DNA of 64,000 nt from Malacoraja senta (Eukaryota), in contig CM075996.1 of assembly GCA_038087875.1 (NCBI GenBank), forward strand, positions 8,248,001-8,312,000, read 5' to 3'. Positions 37,011-50,498 of the stretch are shown here, piece by piece; within the stretch, counting starts at the first letter, position 1; each line of letters starts with the position of its first letter. The translations under genes were made by a program, and so were the position numbers. The notes under the pieces are model-generated. The model worked only from the letters and a program-made list of their open reading frames with translations, made no database searches and had not been told where the DNA came from.

Positions 37011-38244
37011 CTGGGGAAGATAAGAGGACACAGAAGTAAGGAGAGCTCCGATCCCTGAGCGGCGAAATATAACTGTGACTGCGGCACTCCAGTAAGCAGT
37101 GGGACAGCCAACGGCCCTTTAGAAACCTGTCCTCCGTCAGCATTTGACCACTGGGCACGGGTGTCACCCATGTTTACCTCACGGAACTTGTGCCACCTTC
37201 TCTTCTGGAGGTCACCTCAGAGTGGGGAAGGTGACATCCAGGCAATGCCCAACGAACAACGAGAGAAATAGTTATCCTCTGTGACAAGCCACTAGGTACA
37301 AGCGATCTGTTTCATTCTCAGCAGCGAGCACCTGGACAATACCCCTAATTTGACAAAAGGAAGCAACTGACAATTTTGTCAAAATTGAGTTATTGCTTGT
37401 TTTAGGGTATTTGAGATATGCTCTACACAATAGTGAACAAAATGTCTTCTCTGAGTACAATTTGAAAATATTTATACCAGAGAAGTAAGAAATTCCGTCA
37501 GAGAGCTGAAAGAAAAACACGGTTTCCTCATTTACAAGAAAACTCTTTTCTGTCAGTTGCTTTCTTTTGTCAAAGTACGGCAGAATAGACAATAGGTGCA
37601 GCAGTAGGTCATTCGGCCCTTCAAGCCAGCACCGCAATTCAATGTGATCATCCACAATCAGTACCCCGTTCCTGCCTTCTTCCCATATCCGCTGACTCCC
37701 CTATCTTTAAGAGCCCTATCTAGCTCTCTCTTGAAAGTATCCAGAGAACCGGCCTCCACTGCCCTCTGAGGCAGAGAATTCCACAGACTCACAACTCTCT
37801 GTGAGAAAGTGTTTCCTGCCCTTTAGTGTGTTTGAACCCTTAATAATCTTATATGTTTCAATAAGATCCCCTCTCATCCTTCTAAACTCCAGAGTAGACC
37901 AAACCCAGCCGCTGGAGAGAAACGTATCTTTAGTAAGGAGATGAGGATGAATTTCTTTCGTCAGATGGTGGTGAATCGGTGGAATTAATTGCCACAGATG
38001 GCTGTGGAGGCCTTCTCAATGGATTTTTTTAAGGTGGAGATGGGTTTTTCATTAGTGAACGTGTCAGGGTTTTGGGGAGAAGGCAGGAGAATAGGGTTGA
38101 GAGGGAGAGGTAAGATCAGCCATGATTGAATGGCGGAGTAGATTTGATGGGCCAAATGGACTAATTCTGCTCCAATATCTATGAACAGGGGTTCAGCAGA
38201 TGATGCTGGAGAGGGAGGGAGGGCAGTCTGGTGGGAAGCTCAGG

Positions 38245-39170
38245 AAACATAGAAAATAGGTGGAGTAGGCCATTCGGCCCTTCGAGCCTGCACCGCCATT
38301 CAATATGATCATGGCTGATTATCCAACAGTATCCCATCCCTGCCTTCTCTCCATACCCACTGATCCCTTTAGCCACAAGGGCCACATCTAACTCCCTCTT
38401 AAATATAGCCAATGAACTGGCCTCAACTACCTTCTGTGGCAGAGAATTCCACAGATTCACCACTCTCTGTGTAAAAAATGATTTCTCATCTCGGTCCTAA
38501 AAGACTTCCCTCTTATCCTTAAACTGTGACCCTAGTTCTGGACTTCCCCAACATCGGGAATAAACTTCCTGCATCTAGCCTGTCCAACCCCTTAAGAATT
38601 TTGTAAGTTTCTATAAGATCCCCCCTCAATCTTCTAAATTATAGCGTGTACAAGCCGAGTCTATCCAGTCTTTCTTCATATGAAAGTCCTGCCATCCCAG
38701 GAATCAGTCTGGTAAACCTTCTCTGTACTCCCTTTATGGCAAGAATGTCTTTCCTCAGATTAGGAGACCAAAACTGTACGCAATACTCCAGGTGTGGTCT
38801 CACCAAGACCCTGTACAACTGCAGTAGAACCTCCCCTGCTCTTATACTCAAATCCTTTTGCTATGAATGCTAACATACCATTTGCTTTCTTCACTGCCTG
38901 CTGCACCTGCATGCCTACTTTCAATGACTGGTGTACCATGACACCCAGATCTCGTTGCATCTCCCCTTTTCCTAATCGGCCACCATTCAGATAATAGTCT
39001 ACTTTCCTGTTTTTGTCACCAAAGTGGATAACCTCACATTTATCCACATTATACTGCATCTGCCATGCATTTGCCCACTCACCCAACCTATCCAAGTCAC
39101 CTTGCAGCCTCCTAGCATCCTCCTCACAGCTAACACTGCCCCCCCAGCTTCGTGTCATCCGCAACTTGGA
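38245..39170 (-). mobile_element. CR1-clade LINE 3' fragment, same subfamily as 27425-28918
   Basis: Near-identical RT C-terminus and 3'UTR. Confidence 0.9.
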
Positions 39171-40096
39171 GAAGGAAGTGCTCAGGGGACCAGCTGATAG
39201 GAGAAATGCAAGTGAGCAGAATCTTACATAAAAATAACAAACCAGCACAGGGGTAAAACGTATAATATGTAGATTTGGGCTTTGCAGGCCCAGCCAGCAT
39301 TTAATTGCTCGTCTTAGTTCATATGTTATAGGAGCAGAATTTGGTCATTAAGCCCATCAAGTCTACTCCGCCATTCAATCATGGCTGATCTATCTCTCCC
39401 TCTCAACCCATTCTCCTGCCTTCTCCCCATCACCCCTGACACCCGTACTAATCAAGAATCTGTCAATCTCCGCCTTTAAAATATCCTTTCACTGGGCATC
39501 TGCAGCCACCTGTGACAATAAATTTCACGGATTCACCACCCTCTGACTAAATAAATTCCTCCTCATCTCCTTTCTAAAAGTTCATCCCTTTTATTCTGAG
39601 GCTGTGGCCTCTGGTCCAAGACTCTCCCACTAGTGGAAAACATCTTCTCCACATTCACTCTATGCAGGCCTTTCACCATTCAGTAAGTTTCAATAAGGTC
39701 CCCCCTCTCATCCTTCTCAACTCCAGCGAGCACAGGCCCAGTGCGGTCAACTGTTCTTCATATGTTAACCCACTCATTCCGGTACAGTTGCCCTTGAGAA
39801 GGTGATGGCGAGCTGCCTTCTTGAACCCGGCTCTCCCCGATGTGTGGCAATTCCCACAATGCTATCGGGGTGAGGGGGGTGTTCCAGGATTTTTGACCCT
39901 GCTACAGTGAAGAAACTGGACAGGATGTTGTGGTGTGGAGGACAATGCCCAGGTGGAAGCTATTTCTTACAGGACAATGCAACAGCGTTAACACAGTAGA
40001 TCAGAAGAATTCATATCATTGGGGGCGGGGGGGTGGAGAACAAAGGAGGACCTTTGTAGGCATCCTTTATGTGGTGACTCTTTGCATAACCTGGGT

Positions 40097-42996
40097 ATCT
40101 GTGGATCCAAGATGGCACCCAAGCCAGGCGACTGTCTGTGCGCTGGCCACAGAAGTGGTTCTGCAATCACGCATTACAATCGCTCCAACTCTTTTAAACC
40201 TCTACTCCAACAGAAGCATTTCTTTCTTTGACTGTTCTTCTTAATCTCATGTATGTGTACACTGGATGGCTCGACTGTAATCACGTATAGCCTTTACGTT
40301 GACTGGTTATAGCGCAACAAAAGCTTTTCACTGTACCTTGGTATACGTGGCAATATACTAAACTAAAGCGGAAAGAGGAACGGATTTAAAATGTCAGGTT
40401 ACATGCGGGCTGAATAGCATGCTCTTCCTTCATCATGTAAAGTTGTGTGTTTTTGTGAGCCTATAGCACGGAGGAGTCTGCAAGTTCTGGGTATTTTTGA
40501 CACTCCTGTACACTGTCCACCACAACCTGTTCTTCTGGTCACAGTTGTCTGTTGGTCCAGCCTTCAGGTGCTTGTAGAGGTATTCCCTCTTCCTCGAGGC
40601 ATGCTGGACTTCCAGACACCACGAGTCTCTACATGAGTGCTGATCATTCATTCTAAACCCAATTGTCCGATCACATTTGCAAACATCCTCTCCACATTCA
40701 CTCGAAGCAGGCCTTTCACCATTCTGTAGGTTTCAATGAGGTTCCCCCCTCTTTCTTCTAAATTCCAGCGAGCACAGGCCCAGTGTTGTCAAACGTTCTT
40801 CGCATGTTAACCCAATTATTCCTGGCACAGTTGCCCTTGAGAAGGTGATGGTGAGCTGCCTTCTTGAACCCGACTGCAACCTTGTTTAACAGCAGCCTGG
40901 CTATTTGCGGGTGAATTCGGTCTAATGAAGGAGTGTGACTTACACTGTTACAGCTACTGCTCTCCACTGGTCTGTCCGTTCTAGGCTGAGTTAGAGGTCA
41001 GCAGATGCTGCTGGTCAACTTTGTTAAGGGACCCACACAGCAGGGTGACTCCTGGCACTATCTTCCACATTATTAAATGCTAGCGTGTTCCCCCAGGGTG
41101 ACAGGGTTTCCATTGGTGGCGATGTTTTCTGCCAGCAATGGAATCGCTTCAATTACAGTATCAGCCCAGTGGTGTGGGCTTTTGCCGTGCCGAGACAGGT
41201 ATTGATGGCAACTATCTATTCCACTTACCACCACCAGCCCAGTGCCAAACACTGGCAGCTGCAGAAATGTTACAGTGAGCAAACCTCATGTCCTCTTCTC
41301 AGAGAGCACGTCACAAACAACTTAACCCGCTTCATGCAACAGGAGCCACAGTGTCCACTACGTTCGGATTGTACAAAGATGATTTACGAGGATGTTGCCA
41401 GGACTCGAGGGCAGAGCTATAGGTAGTGGCTAGGACTCTGATCCCTGGAGCACAGGATGATGAGGGGTGATCTTATAGAGGTGTACAAAATCATGAGAGG
41501 AAGAGATCGGATAGATACACAGAGTCTCTTGCCCAGAGTAGGGGAATCGAGAACCAGAGGACGTAGGTTTAAGGCGAGGGGGGTAAAGATTTAATAGGAA
41601 CATGTGGGCTAACTTTTTTACACAAAGGGTGGTGGGTGTATGGAACGAGCTGCCGGAGGAGGTTGTTGAGACAGGGACTATTGCAATGCTTACGAAATAT
41701 TTAGACGGGTACATGGATAGGAAAGGTTTAGATAGATATGGGCCAAATGCAGGCAGTTGGGACGAGTGCAGATGGGACATGTTGGACGGTGTGGGCAAGT
41801 TGGGCCGAAGGGCCTGTTTCCTCGCTGTAAGACTCTACAAGCCTATCATGATCAGCACTCATGAAGAGACTGTCATATGAGGAAAGATTGAAAAGACTAG
41901 GCTTGTATTCACTGGAGTTTAGAAGGATGAGGGGGAATCTTAAAGAAACATATACAATTATAAAAGGACTGGACAAGCTAGATGCAGGAAAAATGTTCCC
42001 AATGTTGGGCGAGTCCAGAACCAGGGGCCACAGTCTTAGAATAAAGGGGAGGCCATTTAAGGCTGAGGTGAGAAAAAACGTTTTCACCCAGAGAGTTGTG
42101 AATTTGTGGAATTCCCTGCCACAGAGGGCAGTGGAGGCCAAGTCACTGGATGGATTTAAGAGAGAGTTAGATAGAGCTCTAGGGGCTAGTGGAGTCAAGG
42201 GATATGGGGAGAAGGCAGGCACCGGTTATTGATAGGGGACGATCAGCCATGATCACAATGAATGGCGGTGCTGGCTCGAAGGGCCGAATGGCCTCCTCCT
42301 GCACCTATTTCCTATGTTTCTATGTTTGGATGGATATGGGCCAAATGCAGGCAGTTGGGACGAGTGCAGATGGGACATGTTGGACAGTGTGGGCAAGTTG
42401 GGCCAAAGGGCCTGTTTCCACGCTGTAAGACTCTACAAGCCTATCATGATCAGCACTCATGTAGAGACTCGTGGTGTCTGGAACTCCAGCATGCCTCGAG
42501 GAAGAGGGAATACCTCTACAAGCACCTGAAGGCTGGACCAACAGACAACTGTGACCAGAAGAACAGGTTGTTGGTGGACAGTGTACAGGAGTGTCAAAAA
42601 TACCCAGAACTTGCAGACTCCTCCGTGCTATAGGCTCACGAAAACACACAACTTTACATGATGAAGGAAGAGCATGCTATTCAGCCGCATGTAACCTGAC
42701 ATTTTAAATCCGTTCCTCTTTCCGCTTCAGTTTAGTATATTGCCACGTATACCAAGGTACAGTGAAAAGCTTTTGTTGCGCTATAACCAGTCAACGTAAA
42801 GGCTATACGTGATTACAGTTGAGCCATCCAGTGTACACATACATGAGATTAAGAAGAACAGTCAAAGAAAGAAATGCTTCTGTTGGAGTAGAGGTTTAAA
42901 AGAGTTGGAGCGATTGTAATGCGTGATTGCAGAACCACTTCTGTGGCCAGCGCACAGACAGTCGCCTGGCTTGGGTGCCATCTTGGATCCACAGAT
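40097..42996. repeat. Near-identical 551-bp inverted duplication (40097-40647 / 42446-42996)
   Basis: Arms are reverse complements with only a few differences. Confidence 0.9.
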
Positions 42997-45900
42997 GCTG
43001 CCTGACCTGCAGAGAATTTTCAGCAATTTCGGGTTTATTTCAGATTTCCAGCACTTGGTGGATTTTAGATTTTAGGAATTTAGGATTTTAGATCTTAGGA
43101 AATTTGTAGGAATCAACAAGATCACATTTCAATATTCTAAACTCTAAGGAGTATAAGCCCTCTGTGATGAATCTGCTACTTATAAGAACGTCATATATCC
43201 CACCATAATATCTGTTTAATTAGTTGGACCAGATCTATTCACAATGCTCCAGGTACGATCTCACCTGGGCTCGATATAATCTTGAGCAAAACACACTAAC
43301 TTTTGTACTCAAATCCCTTTGCTATAAAGGCCAACATGCAGTACTTTTGATTTTCAAATTTCAAAAGATGGAAATCTGAAATGAAACAGGGAATGCTGGA
43401 AATACTCTGGTCAGGCAGCATCTACGAACGGAAAATCTGAATTAAATAATTCATTCAATGACTCTTCATCATCGACCTGAAATGTTAACTGTTTTTCGCA
43501 AAAGGCAATACAGATTGCTGGAGTAGCTCAGTGGGTCAGGCAGCATTCCAGGACAACATGGATAGGTGACATTTTGGGTTAGGACACTTCACAACAAAAG
43601 GTTGCTGCCTGGCCTGCTGTGATTTCCAGCATTTTTGCAATTTATTCAAACATATCATTTTCCCTGCTAATTACTTGTTGTACCTGGTAGTTACATAGAA
43701 ACAGAAAATATGTGCAGGAGGAGGCCATTCGGCCCTTCGAGCCAGCACCGCCATTCATTGTGATCATGGCTGATCGTAAGTTAACTTCATGATCCATGTA
43801 CAGATCCACCACTGATTTTGCGGCACCCTCGGTTCCAAAGCCTTGCAATATTATCCGTTTTGTCGGACCAACTGTGGTCACTGCCTTGATGGGGCCGATA
43901 CCGGCCCACAAAATCAGCCTCGGAAGTCGGCTACGGGAATGAATCTGCTGGCTCCGGCCGAGCCGGAGTTCCACAGCTCTGGTTGCAGCCGGTAAATGCG
44001 ACCTGCCCATCTGCCGCGGAGGTGAGCTATGGGAATGCATCTGCAGGCTCTGGCTGGGTCGGAGTTCCAAGGTCCCGGCGCAGGGGGACTAATTCAACCT
44101 GCCGATTGGCACCAAAGTCCCAATGAGGTCGAGATTGGCCACCCCACCTGGCCTAGGCGCCATATTTTGGGGGGGATTTCAAGGGCGCTCTCGTAATTTT
44201 GTCCGGATTAAAGGAAGCTCTGCACCACCAGTTGCAGTAAAATCTGTGGACTTGTGTAAGGACATCCAGGTCCCTCAGATACTAACCCTATCCATTCTGA
44301 CACCATTTGTAAAAAGCCTAGATCCATCGGTTCTCCCTTTGTCTAATCAATCCTCAAAAACCAAACACATTTGTTCAACATGGTTTCTCTTTGGTCAGTC
44401 CATGTCCACTCCACAGCTGCTCACATTAATGTCTGAATGCCCCGTTTTCACTTCCCTAATCACAGATTCTGACAGGTTCCCTACGACTAACACACGTCAG
44501 ACTAACACTTAACTGTAGACCTAGAACTGGTCTAGTTCTTTTTCTCTCTGGTTCTCCAAACAGTTAGGTTCCTTTAACTACTTCCCAATCTGCGGGAACC
44601 ACACCAAAATCCTTGGAATTTCCAATGACAACTAGACTGCTGCATTCACCAGCCTAGCGAACAGCAGATCCTAGAGATTTATCACCTATCAATCCTGTTA
44701 GTTTCTCCAATAGTTTTCTTCCAAACTAATGCTAATGTCTTTGCAACCTCATTTATTTTAGATTCATTGTTTCCATTATATTTAGGTTTTGACTGTCTTT
44801 GTCCATGAAGGAAGACAAAATATATAATTTCTCTGCCGTCACCTCCACCCACCAAATATAATCCCCCTTGCCTCAATTAGGCACATTAACTAATCTTTTA
44901 TATCTACAGAAGCTCATTCTATATTCCTCTTGTTTATCAATGCCTTGCTCTTCATTGCCAAGTTCTGAATTTTCACTGAAGATAGATACAAAAAGCTTCA
45001 TATTGTAACACCACTGTTCATGGGGATATTGCTAATTCCTCTGTGCAGATGCTGGTTTACACCGAAGATAGACACAAAATGCTGGAGTAACAAAGCAGGT
45101 CAGGCAGCATTTCTGGAGAAAAGGAATAGGTGACGTTTCGGGTCGAGACCCTTCTTTTCTGAATTTTCACTGTTGATCACTGTTCCTCAAAGGCCTTTTA
45201 ACTGCCAAGGTCAACAATAAACCCAATTCTTAGACTTGGATTTTTCGGTAACATTATGTTTTCTTCTTTGATCCATGCCTACCCTTAACTTTGCTTCAGA
45301 CGCACGGCTGTAGCACTTGTTCTTTTATCTTCCTTTTTTTAAACTATTCATTCAAGGAATGTGGTGGGGGTGGGAGATTGCAACCTTCATGTGATCCACC
45401 CTGTTTCGACTAATGCAACCCGACGTGCACAAACAAGATCAAATAGAACAAGATGACAGCTTAAGGCTGTGCAGGCCATACGCAAGCAGAAGAAGGAATG
45501 TGGGCTTTGTAGGTTGAGCCACCATTTAACTGCCATCCCTTAATTGTCCTTAAGAAGGCGCTGGCGAGCTACCTTCTGGAACCGCTGTTGTCCTTGACGT
45601 GTGGTTACAGAAACTCGGTGGAGAGAAGAGTAGGACTGGCAGTTCAATGCTCCAGGGTATAGATTTTTCTATATCCTGGGTAAAGATTTTTCAGATAGAG
45701 AGGGATGTAAAGGAGGGGGCAGGGGAAGGTTGTGTTACTGACTGGAGAGAATGTCACTGCTGCACTGAAGGACATCTTGGGAGGTATTATCCAGCAAGGC
45801 CAAATGGTTAGAACTCAGGAAAAAGATAGCTGCAATCACTATGATAAGACACAAAGTGCTGGAGTAACTCAGAGGGTCAGACAGCATTCACTGGAGAAAA

Positions 45901-46124
45901 AGGATGGGTCGGGACCAGACTGAAAGTAGAGGGGAGGGAAGAAAAAGGCCAGAACAAAGAAGGGCCGCAACAGATGACCATGGAAGGGTGGAGCCCATAA
46001 TGGCCCATTGTTAGCTGGCGAAGAGGTGATAACGAAAGGATACGAGGATGCTATTAAGGATTTTAACCCAGCGTTGGTGAATTAACTCCAGCCACAATGA
46101 AGAAATATCTTCATGGACAATATA

Positions 46125-47729
46125 CAGTGGCTTGCAAAAGTATTCATACCCCTTGAACTTTTCCACATTTTGTCACGTTACAACCACAAACGTAAATGTA
46201 TTTTATTGGGATTTTATGTGATAGACCAACACAAAGGGGCGCATAATTGTGAAGTGGAAGGAAAATGATACATGGTTTTCAAATTTTTTTACAAATAAAA
46301 AACTGAAAAGTGTCGCGTGCAAAGGTATTCAGCCCCCTTTACTCTGATACCCCTAAATAAAACCCAGTGCAACCAATTATCTTCAGAAGTCACCTAATTA
46401 GTAAATAGAGTCCACTTGTGCGTAATCTAACCTCAGTATAAATACAGCTGTTCTGTGAAGGCCTCAGAGGTTTGTTAGAGAACATTAGTGAACAAACAGC
46501 ATCATGAAGCCCAAGGAACACACCAGACAGGTCAGGGATAAAGTTGTGGAGAAGTTTAAAGCAGGGTTAGGTTATAAAAAAATATCCCAAGCTTTGAACA
46601 TCTCACGGAGCACTGTTCAATCCATCATCTGAAAATGGAAAGAGTATGGCACAACTGCAAACCTACCAAGACATGGCCGTCCACCTAAACTGACAGGCCG
46701 GGCAAGGAGAGCATTGATCAGAGAAGCAGCCAAGAGGCCCATGGTAACTCTGGAGGAGCTGCAGAGATCCACAACTCAGGTGGGAGAATCTGTCCACAGG
46801 ACAACTATTAGTCGTGCACTCCACAAATCGGGCCTTTATGGAAGAGTGGCAAGAAGAAAGCCATTGTTGAAAAAAACCCATAAGAAGTCCCGTTTGCAGT
46901 TTACCACAAGCCATGTGGGGGACACAGCAAACATGTGGAGGAAGGTGCTCTGGTCAGATGAGACCAAAATTGAAGTTTTTGGCCTAAATGCAAAACGCTA
47001 TGTGTGGCAGAAACCTAACACTGCACATCACCCTGAACACACCATCCCCATTGTGAATCATGGTGGTGGCAGCATCATGCTGTGGGGATGCTTTTCTTTA
47101 GCAGGGACAGGGAAGCTGGTCAGAGTTGATGGGAAGATGGATGGAGCCAAATACAGGGCAATCTTGGAAGAAAACCTGTTAGTCTGCAAAAGACTTGAGA
47201 CTGGGGCGGAGGTTCACCTTCCAGCAGGACAACGACCCTAAACATACAGCCAGAGCTACAATGGAATGGTTTAGATCAAAGCATATTCATGTGTTAGAAT
47301 GGCCCAGTCAAAATCCAGACCTAAATCCAATTGGCAAGACTTGAAAATTGCTGTTCACAGACGCTCTCCATCCAATCTGACTGAGCTCGAGCTATTTTGC
47401 AAAGAAGAATGGGCAAAAATTTCAGTCTCTAGATGTGCAAAGCTGGTAGAGACATACCCCAAAAGACTTGCAGCTGTAATTGCAGTGAAAGGTGGTTCTA
47501 CAAAGTATTGACTCAGGGGGGCTGAATACTTTTGCACGCGACACTTTTCAGTTTTTTATTTGTAAAAAAATTTGAAAACCATGTATCATTTTCCTTCCAC
47601 TTCACAATTATGCACCACTTTGTGTTGGTCTATCACATAAAATCCCAATAAAATACATTTACGTTTGTGGTTGTAACGTGACAAAATGTGGAAAAGTTCA
47701 AGGGGTATGAAAACTTTTGCAAGCCACTG
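46125..47729 (+). mobile_element. Tc1/mariner DNA transposon (Passport-like), copy 1
   Basis: ~215-bp TIRs starting CAGTGGCTTGCAAAAG, TA at both flanks, central transposase. Confidence 0.95.
46504..47511 (+). pseudogene. Tc1 DD34E-type transposase, inactivated
   Basis: MKPKEHTRQVRDKVVEKFKAGLGYKKIS..; in-frame TGA near 46630; WSDETK; frameshift near 47180; deletion in the SPDLNPIENLW motif; ends GGSTKY*. Confidence 0.92.
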
Positions 47730-50498
47730 TATGTCCGTGTCAGGATGGTGTGTTACTTGAAAGGCAACTTGTAGCAGTGTTCCCGTGCTTCTGTTGCCTT
47801 TCCAGCCGGTAGAGGTCATGGGTTTTGGAAGGTGCTGTCTAAGTCACCGTCAGTTGCTGCAATGCATCCTGTAGATGGTATATAATGATGCGTGGAAAGG
47901 AACTGCAGATGCTGGTATATAACAAAGATAGACACAAAGACAGTGCTGGAGTAACTCAGCGGGTCAGGCAGCATCTCTGGAGAAAAAGGATGGGTGACTT
48001 TTCGGGTCGGAATCCGACTCGGAAGAAAGGTCCCGTTCCAAAATGTCACCCATCCTTTTTCTCCAGAGATGCTGCCTGACCCGCTGAGTTTCTCCAGCAC
48101 TTTGTGTCTATCTTCTGGAGATGGTACAGACTGCTACTGCTGTGTATCAGTGAATGGTTATGGATGAGTGTCGATCAAGCGAGCAGTTATGTTCTGCATG
48201 GTTTCGAGCTTCTTGAGTGTCATCGAGCTGCACTCAGCTTCGTAAGTAGAGATTATTGTATCACGCTTGTAGACTATGTACTTTATCTTTAAATACTAGC
48301 CACTGCTGGTTTACTTTCAAATCCTTGAACAATCGACAAGAGTAAATTCATGCCTCATGCTTTGTAATGTTTTAAATCGACCTGTATATAAAACTCTCCT
48401 ATTCTGATCGCTGTTCCTCAAAAGCCTTTTAACTATCAATAAATCCTTTCTCATGGCACAATGCTGGGTCTAAATTGCCTGTTCTTTCAATGTATTTTTA
48501 TGCAGACAGTATAACTGGTAAGGCAGGTGAGCTTTGAACTATGAGATTGCAGTCGTTACAGAAACTCGGTTGAGAGAAGGGTAGGACTGGCAGCTCAATT
48601 GTCTGTCTAGGGTATAGATTGTTCAGATAGAGAGGGGTGTAAAGGAGGGGGCAGGGGAGGGTTGTGTTACTGACTAGAGAGAATGTCACTGGTGCACTGA
48701 CAGGACATCTTGGAGGCCAAATAATTAAAACTTAGGAATAAGAAAGCTGCAATCACCACGATAAACACAAAGTGTTGGAGTAACTCGGAGGGTCAGGCAG
48801 CATCTCTGGAGAAAAAGGATGGGTGACGTTTTGGGTCGGGACCCTTCTTCGGACTGAAAGTAGAAGGGAGGGAACTGGAGGTAATAAACCATAGGTAAGC
48901 CCATAATGGACCATTGTTGGCTGGGGAAGAGGAGATAACGAAGGGATATGAGGAGTGGAACTCGTAGGATGACTCGGGTTAGGGAGGGAGAGGATGCAAG
49001 GGTTACTTGAAGTAAGAGAAATCAATGTACATACCGCTGAGTTGTAAGCTGCCCAAACACAATATACATCTACAGTCCTTTCTACACTTCACTATGTGAG
49101 TAGAGGTCTCCAAAAGGTTCAACAGAGACTACAGGAACTGTAATGCCTGGAGAGGTGAGAACAGCAGGGTTGTAGTGATAGAAGACACAAAGTGCTGGAG
49201 TAACACAGTGGGTCAGGCTGCATATCTGGAGAGCGTGGCACATATATTAGAATCAAGACAGTAGCTGGGGAAAGGGCGTTGACTCAAGAACAAAGGAGGG
49301 CGAGGTCCTTGCTGAATACTTTGCATCAGTATTCACCAAGGAGAAAGACATGGATGATGGTGATAAGGGAGGGGTATGTTGAAATTCTAGGACATGTTGA
49401 CATTAAGTAGTAGATAGCATTGGGTCTTGAGATACATTCAAGTGGTTGAGTACATGGGCGGCACGGTGGCGCAGCGGTAGAGTTGCTGCCTTACAGCACC
49501 AGAGACCCGGGTTCCATCCTGACCACGAGTGCTGTCTGTATGTTCTCCCCGTGACCGCATGGGGTCAGCGCGTAGGGTAGTGTTAGTGTACGGGAGTCAC
49601 AGATCGGCGGGGACTCGGTGGGCCGAAGGGCCTGTTTCCACGCTGTGTAAACTAAACTAAACTAAATCTTGCCCTAACTGTGGTGGTATAAACTTACTAT
49701 TCTCTAACATCTATCTATCTATCTACTATTGTCTATTGTCTACATTAAGGTGGTTACGTCCCCAGAGCCTGATGAGATCTTTCGCAGGATACTGAGGGAA
49801 GCAAGGGAGGAGGTTGCTGGGGCCTTGACAGAGAACTATGTTCAGGGGACATCGGTTTAAGGTGAGAGGGGAAAGATTTAATAGGAACCTGAGGGGTGAC
49901 TTTTTTTGTATGGAAAGAACTGCCAGAGGAGGTAGTTGAGGCAGGTAATATCGCAATGTTTAAGAAATATTTAGATAGGTACATGGATAGGACAGGTGTA
50001 GAGGGATTTTTGGCCAAACGCAGGTAGGTGGGACTAGTGTAGTTGGGACATGTTAGTCAGTGTGGGCAAGTTGGGCCGAAAGGCCTGTTTCCATGCTGTA
50101 TCACTCTATGGCTCTAACTCTTTTTAACCACAGGCAAGGTGCCAGACGACTGGGGAATAGCTAATACAGTCCAATGTTTAAGATGGACACCAGGGACAAA
50201 CAAGGAAATTATGGACAGTAGGCCTTACATCAGTGGTATGGAAAATTATCCAAGATTTTTAGGGACAGTATTTACTTGTATTTGGAAGAGCATGGATTGT
50301 AGGGATAGTCAGAATGACTTTGGGCAGGGTGATTCTTGTCTGACAAATTTGTTTTGAGTTTTTTTTTTGAAGTGACAAAGATAATTGAAAAGAATAGGGC
50401 AGAAGACGTTACAATGTTTGCATGGACTTTAACAGGGTTCTTTATATGGTAGGTTGGTCCAGTAGATCAAGAATGGAATCCACGGAGTTGGTAAAATA

